From Nemertoderma westbladi (lineage: Eukaryota; Animalia; Xenacoelomorpha), in contig JAUCBJ010001441.1 of the NCBI GenBank assembly GCA_032718475.1, positions 1 through 49,140 on the forward strand: DNA of 49,140 bases, given 5' to 3'. The position numbers were made by a program, and so were the translations under genes. Positions 1 through 10,629 of the stretch are shown here, one piece after another (position 1 is the first letter of the stretch; the number at the start of each line of letters is the position of its first letter). Below the pieces are notes generated by a model that saw only the letters and a list, made by a program, of their open reading frames with translations, was not told the DNA's origin and did no database searches.

Positions 1-628
1 TACAATGTGTATATTGCGCTGTGGGCAGTAATAAAATATGTCACCTGTTTAAATAATATCACACCAACTTCACCATTTTCATTGTTACAACATTGGGATT
101 GAATGGATATCCACAACCAATCATCCCCCTTAATAATTTAAGTTAATTGAAATTGACATATTAATTTATTAACTTTACTTTTTTAATTTAATATCAAGAT
201 GAAGGCTCCTTACGTTTTAGGCCCGTGTGTTCCTATTAATTGTACTTTATGCTTATCCAATCTTCGCCCAATAATTACCAATTATTGGAAAGGAACAGGT
301 TATAGTGGGATGCATTTCTAACCAAAACAATAAACGTGAGTCAATAGCACAGGTTAAACTTCCATAATCAATTTTGATTGATAATCATCAATCATCAATT
401 AAAAGTATTAGTTAAATAGGGAACAGTTCCGTATGTGCCAACATTTTCGTTGTTTTTTTTTCAACAAATTTTCATGCTTTTTTAAGGGAGAAGTTTGCCG
501 CGTCCCTCTTACTTACATTTATACCCGTCCGTCCCATAAGGTAATAACAGAAAATTGGTTGCGAAATAGCTGGAAATAATATAAAATTATTATAAACTAA
601 AAATCGATACAAAAAATAACTAGTATCG

Positions 629-2424
629 TTATTCTTTATAATTAAATACAAATTGCTTGCAATATAAATAGCAGTCAACACCGTATTTATTATCGTAATT
701 ATCAGACCCAAATCGGTGATTGATTTCACTGAGTAACTGTCTTACAGATTCTTCGGATATAGGACGTTCAATATTGGTAACATCAACAACTGTCTCTTGA
801 TCCTCAACAATCGGACCTGACCAATCTACTCCGTAATTATCTAGGTTTATATTGTTCAGCTCATCTGGTACGTTGTCGATGTCACAAGTCGATGTTAATC
901 GGCTATTGATGAAAATCTTCTGGGGGGTCCAGTAGCGTTCAGTGCGTAACCCATGTGCATTCCAACCAATTACAAATCTTTCTAGAGCCGCGTTTATTTG
1001 TTTCTTGTAAGTAATATGCAAACAATATATATCATCGACAGAGGAGGGATCTAAATGGGAGTTGTCTTCTAGCCAAAAAAACAGCTCATAATAAACAATA
1101 ACAACTGTACGGAATACATCTCTCCATAAGCGTTCTATCCTTTGATTGTGAGTACTTTTCCCTGCAATAAAGCTTCCTCGATTTGTGCCTCGATGACTTA
1201 TCATATATTCGGCGACCAGTCTATTTTCCCATCCCTTATCTCCTCTCACCCTTGAAGGGAGGCCGTATTTCCTAACTGCTTCCTCGAACAATGGCAAAAC
1301 AGTTGCAGCACAGTTGTTACCCGATGCATAAAGGTATGTAATCAGACGGGAAAATCCATCAACCCCACCTAGTACAGTCAAATTAGCGAAAACATTCAAT
1401 TGTAAACAATCATGAAATTTCGGTTTCCATCAACATTGAAATTTTAAAATTCCATCAACATTTAATATTCTAGAATATATATAATATCATAACAGGGCCT
1501 ATATTACCTATTTTGCTATTTCACTTCAGCTTTAGTTATCGATCCGAGATATTAATGTTTTTTTTTAAAGTGGCTTTCAACAACAAAAAAAACTACAAAA
1601 GTCGTGGCTAAAATAACATTTTTTTGTTTTTTTTCGCTTTTTCGAAAGTACTAACCATGTATTACGAAGTTCCACCTTATAAGGCTATGATGGCCATCGA
1701 TGTGCCATAAAGAATTGGCACCCTTTACATTATATCGTCGTCGGACCACAAGCGCTCGCCACCTTGCTGCTGATAAAATGGGGTCGATTTCCCTTAAGAC
1801 ACGATGAACATGTCGAAGCGCGATGAACATATTTTGACTTCGTAGCATGGCATACACGAATCTACATCCCGCATAAGGGAATTGTTGATGAATTTCACCA
1901 ATAACTTCTTTAATTTGGTTTTCATTCTCTAACGTATTGCGATACAAGTTTCGAACTCCCAAACCAAATTGACGAACTCGGTCCATAATAGTTGATCGAC
2001 TCACTCCAAATATCGCAGCAATCTGAGTCCAGTTAAATCCCGCCTCTTTGAGGTATTCAAGTTGAGACTTAGTAACGTCGTATCTTGGTCTCCCCGTATT
2101 GTCAGGTCCCGGACCATTATGTGTGAGAACATGATTAAACAAAGAAGTACAATCAGGACTGACCCTTATGTACAAGTTGGCGATACGAACTTGTAGGTAT
2201 TGAACATATGTCAGATACTCAACAATTGCTGAATCATGAGCTGTCAAATTATTAGATTCCTTTATCATAGTTAAGCAATTACATATATTGGTGAGTTTAG
2301 CTAATAGGTACTCCTTGAATTCGTCATTAATTAATTGAGGTGAGTAATCAGGTTTTAAAACACGTTCGCATTCGGTTATGATATGTTCCAAATGGTTGAC
2401 AAATATACTTGCCGGAGTTTCCAT
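629..2424 (-). CDS. Spliced DDE transposase/integrase (IS3-type core with N-terminal HTH), join(2424..1656,1368..629), 502 aa
   Basis: ATG at 2424, donor CATG|GTTAGT at 1655, acceptor CTAG|GT at 1369. The 287-bp intron joins ...[25 protein letters not shown]... in frame (1509 nt). Catalytic motifs are WHIDG, RVRGDKG and [10 protein letters not shown]; HTH-like motif [17 protein letters not shown]. Confidence 0.9.
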
Positions 2425-2584
2425 GATAAACAATAAAAACTAAACTACTATAAAGTGGCAATGATGAAATCAAATTTACAATATAAAAACAACAATTTAA
2501 ATAACCTTAATAATAATAAAATAGCAAAATAATAATCATAACAAATATTAAAAGGGTTTTTTAAATACATAAAAATTATGTCAT

Positions 2585-2752
2585 TCGTGATTGGCTAAAA
2601 CATGGGTGACATATTTTCAAAGATGAGGCGCAAATTCGCGATTGGCTAAAAGATGGGTGGCAATTATTCGAAGATGAGGCGCAAATTTGTGATTGGTTAA
2701 AAGATGGGTGACAATTATTAAAAGATGAGGCGCAAATTCGCGATTGGCTAAA
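2585..2752. repeat. 51-bp tandem repeat (~3.3 copies), each unit with a CCAAT box on the minus strand
   Basis: Unit tcgcgattggctaaaagatgggtgacaattattaaaagatgaggcgcaaat at 2585, 2636 and 2687. Confidence 0.9.
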
Positions 2753-3066
2753 ATATGAGTACAAAATTGCAAGGTTTTCCGAATTAATGGTGTACTCATT
2801 TTAAAATGAGAACATAATTCTTTGAATTAGTGACTCTTATAAAAATATGAGTACAAATTAAAAGATTTTCCGAATTAATGGTGTACTCATTTTAAAATGA
2901 GAACATAATTCTTTGAATTAGTGACTCTTATAAAAATATGAGTACAAATTTGAAAGATGTTCCGAATTAATGGTGTACTCATTTTAAAATGAGAACATAA
3001 TTCTTTGAATTAGAGACTCTTATAAAAATATAAGTACAAAATTATTTTCCTTAAAAAATATGAGTA
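2752..3066. repeat. ~92-bp subterminal tandem repeat (~3.3 copies)
   Basis: aatatgagtacaaa...ccgaattaatggtgtactcattttaaaatgagaacataattctttgaattagtgactcttat recurs at 2752, 2844 and 2935, with a partial copy at 3027. Confidence 0.9.
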
Positions 3067-3105
3067 AATAATAAAATGGGGTTTTAATACTAAAAGTATG
3101 CCATA

Positions 3106-4128
3106 AGCATCCACTAAGTAAGGCCCTACGTACACCATGTCTGGCTCCATTACCCCGGATCGCCACAATTTTCGCAACAGTTCCATGGCGACCCCCCTCA
3201 CTCTCTCACTGGCCAGTTCTCCCTGTCCAAAACGGACTAAATAGCGAAAGTGTTTATTCGACTCACCTAGCCTCTGATATAGTTTAGGCTGGTCTACCTT
3301 TCTCCCTTCTTTGGCATCCTTAAGTAGTTTCTTGGTGGCGTTGTAGGCCCGTCATAACCGATCACTCGTCCTGACGTCCTCTTCGCCGACTTCGCCTCCT
3401 CTCCTCATCCGGCATCGTACCGGCGGCCCCACCGTCGCCGTTCCAGTGGGGCGTCCGTCGCCCTCGGCCTGCAGCTGGCCGGCGAATTCGGTACTCCGAC
3501 CGCCGTCGTGCGTCGACTCGTCTCTCCCTCGTGGTTGACGGCCGCCCTCCGCTTGGGTAGCCGGATCGTCTCTCGTCGGCGAATCCGGTGTGGCAGGCTG
3601 ATACCGTCGCATCGTGGCCTCACGGATCATTTGGTTGGTGTCGTCCGGGGTCCATGGCGGTTTCCTCTCTCCCTCCAGTATTCGGGACCCCTGTTCGCTC
3701 ATCTCGATCTCTCTTCCTTGCAGTCACAGTTTGTTGGCAGTTAGACTCGGAAAGTTAATGACTGTGACGGGATCAGAGATCCCGACCGGGTTAGAAATGT
3801 ACGCGTCACCATTCTGCTTGGCGATCGCTTGGCCGAATGCCGTTGGGGAAAACAATAAGAGTTTCTGTTGTCTCTCAATATTGATTAACATAGGCGACAA
3901 TAGCACGTCGGTACTGATAAATGAATAAAGCAGAAAATACAGATTAATTACTGTTAATGGCGATGATGGTCATTAACTATGACCGGTCTGTACTGACTGA
4001 ACTGAATAACTCAACTGACCGGTAAATCAGTAATGTAAGATAATATATGATTAACACACATTAATTATTGGTTTCACCTTCTACTGTACTTGGCCCTCTG
4101 TACCCAGTGGATGCTTTCCTATCTCTAA
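3106..4128 (-). mobile_element. BEL/Pao-related LTR element 5' fragment (partial 5' LTR 3763-~4128, leader, start of gag), interrupted by the IS3EU-like element
   Basis: Colinear homology to 16459-17470; the LTR edge tgtgacgggatcagagatcccgaccggg is at 3763. Confidence 0.85.
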
Positions 4129-4399
4129 TGTCCCATCTTTGCATACGGACTTTGTATACATCAGCGACATCTTTTGTGACATCTGCCCGCAACACGCCGG
4201 CATAACTGCCTAAACGTATCAGGTAGCAGGGTATAGCCACAGCGGGGGTTCATGTCATTGGGTTTAGCGGCAATCTTATGATATTATCCGTAAGATTACA
4301 GTAGGCCTTTCAGCTGCCAGTAGGCCTTTCAGCTGTCAGACATTTTTGTACACTTCATATTAATTATTTATAGCTAATTAATATTTCAATGCTTTGCAG

Positions 4400-4539
4400 A
4401 GATGTCAACTATGGATCTTCTCTTTATACTAAGATTCTTTACCCTGGAACGTACGTGGACTACAGCTCCCTCTATCCAGTTGGACAGGACACTATCGAAT
4501 CTGTGAAAATCATCTGCGAAGAAGTTAACGTTATTCAAG
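4400..4539 (+). CDS. Internal exon of beta/gamma-crystallin-domain protein (Greek key plus linker)
   Basis: Acceptor tttgcag|, donor CAAG|gtaaat. Encodes DVNYGSSLYTKILYPGTYVDYSSLYPVGQDTIESVKIICEEVNVIQ. Ends in phase 1, compatible with exon 7165. Confidence 0.75.
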
Positions 4540-4800
4540 GTAAATTATGCATATTTTTAATTTTGATTCCTTATGAAATTCCTGGGATTTCACTCCTGGT
4601 TCCATTTCCGGATGGGACAGCACTTTTAATAAAGTAATCAAGTTACATTTTTCAAGGTAACTTGGCCCCACACTGGAAAACAGTGAGGAGGATTTTTAAT
4701 GTTGATGATCACCCATGATCATTCCTTAGAGTATTTTATATATGTATATATACTATAAAAAAATAAGTAATAGGAACGCATTATAAACAACCATGTTCAG

Positions 4801-6208
4801 TGTGACGGGACTGATGCAGTTCAGCTCCCGACCGGTATAGATTGTACGCGTCGCTTTGTCGCTGGGCTGCTAGACTAACTGGATAATATCTTTGGCCGAA
4901 GGCCGATGGAAAACAATATAGTTCATTTCTCAGTATTAATGATCACAGCGATAATAGCACAGTCAGACTGATAATTATGAGATAATTGTGTAACAGTATA
5001 CTAACAGCAACAATAAAGATGATGACGGTCAAAAACTATGCCGGTTTGCAACCGTGAGGAAATCAACTGGCCGGTAATCAGTAATTAGAATGATTATATA
5101 ATTGACACATATTGGTTTCAGCCATACACTACTGTGTGGCCTCTGGTACTCAATGGATGCGCTCCTATCCTCCCAATCTACTTACCCGCCAGCTATTGGC
5201 TTAGCTATTAATTCTCACCTCGCGACTCCCTGTTGGTGTTACCCCCTGCTGCTAGCCTCACTAGCTGGTTTGTCGCTCTGAGGTGGTTTGACCTCTCACC
5301 TCTCTCTGTGGCTTATGGCGTGTGATATGCTGCTTCTAGTGTTGATCTTTTTATTAACTCCAGAAAGACCAAAATTTTGACAGTTAACTTTGAAAGTCCT
5401 CAGCAAGTCTCTGATCGGATGAGCATAAGCTCAAAAGATGGTATGCTTGAGCATGTGGATGACTTCTGTTACCTGGGATCATGGATCCGGAAGTCAGGTG
5501 AGGACTTTCGAATACGTAAGGGAAGGGCATGGGCAGCCTTGACCCTTTCCGTCGAGAATTAATCGGAAACTTAAGGTCCGATTATTTAGAGCAGCAGTAG
5601 TTCCAGTACTCCTCTATGGGAGTCCATGCTGGGCTCTAACTGCTGAGGACACCAAATCTCTGGTTGGCACATTCACAAGAATGCTACGCCGGGTTCATTG
5701 TGTCAAGTACAATGCACACATCTCCAACCAGACACTATATAACATTGGAGGTGTCTCATTGGTTCCCCAAAGCTTGACACTAGAACAAAATCGCATCCGC
5801 TTTGCAGGACATTGCTTTCGCCGTGAGGACCAGCCAGTACATAATCTTGTACTTTGGCTGCCTCATGGAGTGAATAAGCATGGTGGACAGCCCATGACTT
5901 TCTTGAGACGCATCTTAAAGGACACTGGCCTTGAAGATGCGGATGATTTAGCAAATGTCATGGGTGATAGGGAGTTGTGGCGGTGAAATTTTGTCGATAA
6001 GCCGGCACAGCATTCTTAAAAATGCAGCTGCAATGCAGCATGCCGATCCTAGTAGTAGTAGTGGCTTATGGCGTGTGTTGCCCCCCCCCCCCCCCCAGTT
6101 GGTTATGAGGCGAGATTATTATTGGTATTCTCGCATCGCCAACTATATTGGTAAAATGCCACTATTCCCATTCTCGGTGGGTGATGTAGGGAATTGAATC
6201 CGCTTACA
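4801..6208 (-). mobile_element. Solo LTR of the same LTR family (diverged subfamily), split by an RTE insertion
   Basis: Starts tgtgacggga and ends gaattgaatccgcttaca like LTR 9214-9881. Flanks ttcag/atcag form a 5-bp TSD with one mismatch. Confidence 0.85.
5325..6060 (+). mobile_element. 5'-truncated RTE-clade LINE fragment (degenerate RT C-terminus)
   Basis: Motifs VDDFCYLGSWI, VLLYG and RIRFAGHCFR; (TAG)n tail; 16-17 bp TSD (g)tggcttatggcgtgtg at 5308-5324 and 6061-6077. Confidence 0.9.
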
Positions 6209-6306
6209 ATCAGCATGATCCGGTGCATAATAATTTTGAAAATATATTTTTGACAGACAAATTTCAAGCAAGTAAAATTAATTGAGTTTCGCATATATGT
6301 TTGCAT

Positions 6307-6360
6307 ATGTGTTTCGCCGGGATTTGGCTCATCAGCTACACTAACCCGTCCAAGACACAT
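6307..6360 (-). ncRNA. Type III hammerhead ribozyme-like motif (weak stem I)
   Basis: Minus strand: AUGUGUC-uuggacggguuaguguag-CUGAUGA-GCC aaauccc GGC-GAAACACAU. Both core boxes, stem II and stem III (AUGUG/CACAU) are intact, with a GUC cleavage triplet. Confidence 0.6.
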
Positions 6361-6732
6361 TTTAATCTAATTAACTACAGCATTGCATTCCAGATCAAAT
6401 AAGCAATCACTTCCTTAGCAACACTAAATGGGATAATTTATCTAGGGCATGGATGCTAAATATAAAAAAAAATAAAGTAATAGGAACGCATTTTAAACAA
6501 CATGTACACTTTATTAAAGATATAAGATACTTATTTTTTTATATTTAGCAACCATGCCCTAGATAAATTATCAATTTTTTTCATTATTTAGTGTTGCTAA
6601 GGAAATGATTGCATATTTGATCTGGAATACTATACTATTTTGTTTATATGTATGTGTGTGTGTGTGTTTTGGTGGTTTTGGCTGTAGATAATTGGATTAA
6701 AATGTGTCCTACATGATGTAGCCTGATGAGCC
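6325..6732. repeat. Imperfect inverted repeat (~6325-6478 vs ~6528-6732); 6464-6505 is also directly repeated at 4757-4796
   Basis: cttagcaacactaaat/atttagtgttgctaag, tttatctagggcatgg/ccatgccctagataaa, ggctcatcag/ctgatgagcc. Confidence 0.85.
6702..6732 (+). ncRNA. Partial second hammerhead motif (cleavage site, perfect stem I, CUGAUGA; 3' half lost)
   Basis: AUGUGUC-CUACA uga UGUAG-c-CUGAUGA-GCC. Confidence 0.45.
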
Positions 6733-7164
6733 ATGTCTGAAAGTCAAATAGAAGACACTTTAGAGAGAATGAGCAATGAAGATGGCGAACGTAAAACTGA
6801 ACGTACACAGGCGGTGACTCAGTTTACTTCAGTCGACCAAGTCCAAGATGGATCAAAGATTTATCACATCCATGCATGAGAAACTGTAACATAACAATAA
6901 ACATTATAAATATATATAAGTGTATAATTAATACTGTAACAAATTTCACTTATATTCAAAATAGTACATTATTAAAATGTTGCATAAAACGTTGCAAAGT
7001 GCTACTTTGCACATAATGATGAAAATATTTATTACAGAAAATACAGTTATAGATTAATTAGAGAAAATAAAAAGAAACTAAAATTTATATTAAGCTCCAC
7101 AATTCATAAGATCGCTTTATTTCTACAAACAAAGAGATTTAGAACTCTATTTAATTTCTTCCAG

Positions 7165-7282
7165 GTAAAATAGAAGTATTTGAGCATGAAGACTTTACTG
7201 GACGTAGTTTGATAATGTATGGATCACACAGCCAAGCTGAACTAACCTCATTGGAATTCAACAATGTTATTTCATCAGTCAT
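7165..7282 (+). CDS. Internal exon of beta/gamma-crystallin-domain protein (Greek key with NNVISS motif)
   Basis: Acceptor tttcttccag|, donor |gtaagt. Encodes (G)KIEVFEHEDFTGRSLIMYGSHSQAELTSLEFNNVISSV(I). Phase 1 in, phase 2 out. Confidence 0.9.
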
Positions 7283-7369
7283 GTAAGTGTATAGGGCGGG
7301 GTGGGTTTGGGGTTGGGGAAGGTGGGGTGGGGGGGGGGGGGGGGGTGTTGGTGGGGGGGAGGGGGGTTA

Positions 7370-7790
7370 GGGATATAGGATAGGGTTGGTTTTAAAATAA
7401 TCTTGATTACCTAGGATTTTATAATTCTTCAGACAATGTGTTCCCATTTGTACTGTTCCAAAAGATTTACAACTAGGGAGGTGAAAGTTTGAGACTTTGT
7501 TTGGGATCAAAAGGCACTTACCATTAAACAAACACTTTATGCACATGGTTAAGGCACAGCTGCTAACTCTACTACCTAAGTTAATTAGTCCAGTTTCAGA
7601 AAAGTAATCTGATGTGGTGCCTAGGTTTGTAGTCTTTAATAAATCGTACTCCTTTATTCTGAGCAACTTCTAATGCTGCTTGATTAAGTCTTCATAGCAA
7701 GAAGCACATCCATTGATAGTCCACCTGAAAATATATTAAATACATCTTCTTTGCTGAAGTCAAGTTTTCTGCTTAGAGTATTAAGACTAT
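7370..7790 (-). pseudogene. Degraded 3' fragment of a CR1-group LINE related to 19340-21950
   Basis: FSETGLINLGSRV...NFHLPSCKSF parallels FSESGLLNLDSRV...NFYLPNCKSF. Boundaries are approximate. Confidence 0.7.
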
Positions 7791-8074
7791 TAATATTATT
7801 ATTATTACTATCATTATTATTATTAGCTTATTAAGACTAATATAATGGTACCAGTGGAGCAGTTGGTGCCCCTTGAGATATTTAAAATACCAAGTTTTTG
7901 AGGCTCATTCACTCCATCATAGTCATGAACAGGAACTGAACCAAATCAGTCCTACGAGAATTTATAACGAATAAGTTGGTGGCAGATCCCGATAAGTGCA
8001 ACTTAACCTTTTTATTTATTTAATACTCAATAACATAATACAATATTAACTATTTACCACAACACCACAACACA

Positions 8075-8643
8075 CTTCCAGTACCTTGGATCATGGATAG
8101 AGAGTAGCAAAAAGGACATAGAAGTTAGGAAAGCAAAGGCTTGGGTAGCTCTATCAAAAATGGATACCATCTGGAAATCAGATCTCTCCAGGCACCTGAT
8201 GACCAAGTTCTTTCGAGCCACAGTGGAAAGTGTATTTTTATACGGGGGTGAGACCTGGACACTGACTAAATCACTTGAACAACGAATTGATGGTTGCTAC
8301 ACAAGACTACTAAGGGCAGCCATAAACATGAGCTGGAGACAACACATGACAAACGCCGACCTTTATGGTACAATACCTCCTGTATCAACCACCCTCCGTG
8401 AACGCAGATTAAGATTCAGTGGGCACTGCTGGCGAAGTAAAGTCGAGGTCATACCAGATCTACTTCTCTGGCAACCAACTCATGGAAAGCGTAGTCGTGG
8501 ACGACCTGCCATAACATATATAGATCAACTTGAAAGGGATACTAAACTTGGGAGAAACGAAATTGCGACAACTATGGAGAATCGGGAAGCCTGGAAGGAT
8601 CTCATTTCCACTGACCGAGTTCTCTCGACCTAGTAGTAGTAGT
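8075..8643 (+). mobile_element. 5'-truncated RTE-clade LINE
   Basis: Motifs ATVESVFLYG.ETW and RRLRFSGHCWR; (TAG)n tail; 11-bp TSD accacaacaca (8064-8074 and 8644-8654). Nearly identical to 22996-23172 and 18405-18922. Confidence 0.9.
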
Positions 8644-8824
8644 ACCACAACACAATCAACGAAAAATTATAAATAAAAACACAAACCGAATATGATAAAA
8701 TATAGTAAAACGTATAGAAATAAAAACAGTACAAATGTATTTCTGCATTACCAATTTAAAAATGATGTAAAAAAAATAATATAATTAATTAGTATATTAA
8801 ATAGTGACTGAATTATATGAATTA

Positions 8825-8965
8825 ACCAAATTTGCAAATTTTTAGCACATACAATAACGTGAGAAAAGGAATTCCAAATTGGCACAATACGATAGTTAAA
8901 CGAATTCTTACACAGTTGTAGTTTACAGTAGGAAATATATAGTTTATATGTATGGTCACGGATGA
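8825..8965 (-). pseudogene. CR1-like LINE C-terminal remnant
   Basis: RDHTYKL...KNSFNYRIVPIWNSFSHVIVCAKNL resembles the CR1 ORF2 end (RGH..KL...FS.RVV..WN.LP..VV.A). Confidence 0.55.
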
Positions 8966-9213
8966 GTAAGGCAACGATTTTGAACATTTCTTCGTCGAAG
9001 ATCGCGAAATTTCGATTTTTTCGATATTTTGTGTTTACCAATACTACACCATGTCGTGGAATATGCTATTCATGATTAAACAAAATGTTCTAGAATATGG
9101 TATTTTTATTTAATAGAATAAAATAGCCTCAAGCAGATGCAAAACAATGCAACATTTGAACGCTCATATCTCAGCTATTTCCTAACCAAATTCAAATGTT
9201 TTTACATATTTGT

Positions 9214-9881
9214 TGTGACGGGATCAGAGATCCCGACCGGGTTGTTAATGTACGCGTCACCGTTCTGCTGGGGATCGTGCTACTGGATTTGGCCGAGGCC
9301 GTCTGGGAAAACAGTGAAAGTTCATGTTGTCTTTCGATATTAATTAATATGGGCGGTAATAGCACGTATTGAATATAAAGCTGAAAATACAGATAAATTG
9401 TTACCGGTATAGCGGTGGCTGTCATTAACTATGACCGGTCTGCACTGACTAAACTGAATAACACAAATTACCGGTAAACCAGTAATGTGAGATAATATAA
9501 TTGATTCAATTCAATAATTGGTTCACCTCCTACTCTACTTTAGCCCTCTACCCAATGGATGCTTTCATGTTCCCTATCACGTGCTTCCCTCCCCACTATT
9601 GGCTAATATACTACTTGTCACTTTGGCACTCCCTGGGAGTGTTACCCCCCCCCCCCCCCCCCCCCCCCCCCGCTGCTAGCCTCTACTAGCTGTCTTCCCT
9701 CCGAGGTGGTTTGACCTCTCACCTTTCTCTGTGGCTTTGGGGCTTGTGTCGCCCCCCCCCCCCCCCAATGTTGGTTATGATACGAGATTAATATTGGTAA
9801 TCTCGTATCCCCAACATAATGCTAAAATGCCACTAGTCCCATTTTCTGGTGGGTAATGAAGTGGAATTGAATCCGCTTACA
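9214..9881 (-). repeat. 3' LTR (668 bp)
   Basis: Direct repeat of 17109-17772 with scattered substitutions; preceded by the PPT on the minus strand. Confidence 0.95.
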
Positions 9882-10289
9882 CTCCCCCCCATGCTATCTT
9901 CCCGGTGAGAAGATAATATCAACCTCAAGTGCGCTTCAATTCCGCTGGAACCCAATCTACTATCGGGTGTGGGGTGGAGTTCTTTTCTCGGGGTTGGCTT
10001 TCCAGGCCGCCCCCCCTGGGTATGATATTGATACCCTATGTTGCACCAAGATATCTGACGTCTCTGTTCGAGACAATTGTGGACTCTCTTCACACAATTT
10101 TCAAAAAAACCTCACTCTAATTTCCCTCTAATCTCACTCTCGGACCCCTCTATCCCTTACTCTCTCTCTCATGGACCTCGTTGTCCCTTACTCTCTCTCT
10201 TACTGCTCGCTCCCTAAACTTGTATTACACTCCTCTCACTTCCTCACGTGCCAACACCTCCTCTCCATACTTCCCTTGTACTCCTCTCA

Positions 10290-10475
10290 TACTCCTCTCG
10301 GAACTTACCCCAGTCCATCGGCTTGTGGCAGACAAGCATCATGAGCTGGCCCATTGCCACTGCTCCACAATGTCCCGTGCCCGCTCCGTGCTCCTCCCGG
10401 AACTTGCCCCAGTCCATCTGCTTGTGGCAGACAATGCCCATGAGTTGGCCCATCCCCACTGCTCCACAATGTCCT
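10290..10475. repeat. 99-bp direct repeat, 2 copies, in the LTR element 3' region
   Basis: ctcctc(t/c)cggaactt...gctccacaatgtcc at about 10291 and 10390. Confidence 0.85.
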
Positions 10476-10629
10476 GTGTTCTCTACCACTCCCAAAGTGC
10501 CAATTTTTCTTGGTTTTATTTATTTTTCTTATGTTACCCCTGTCTGTGCTATCATCCTATCTACCTTGCTACTTCCTTCTTACTATGTACCGTACCACTA
10601 CTATGCTATGCCTAAATACCCTTTACTTT

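Larger units (their letters stand above)
1..3105 (-). mobile_element. IS3EU-like eukaryotic DDE DNA transposon (one terminus at 3105; the other was not found and probably lies left of the window)
   Basis: The minus strand reads TATGGCATACTTTTAG from 3105 (TAY-type terminus), followed by subterminal tandem repeats and a DDE transposase gene. From 3106 (agcatccactaagtaagg) the sequence switches abruptly to LTR-element gag homologous to 16459 onward. The superfamily assignment is from recalled family features. Confidence 0.7.

Noticed and set aside
4140-4340. Possible upstream crystallin exon and an 18-bp duplication (cagtaggcctttcagctg x2)
   Set aside because: The translation lacks crystallin motifs, and the duplication is trivial slippage.
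9646-9671. Long poly-C runs in the LTRs and gag as functional G-quadruplexes or programmed frameshifts
   Set aside because: Lengths differ between copies, consistent with slippage or homopolymer sequencing error.
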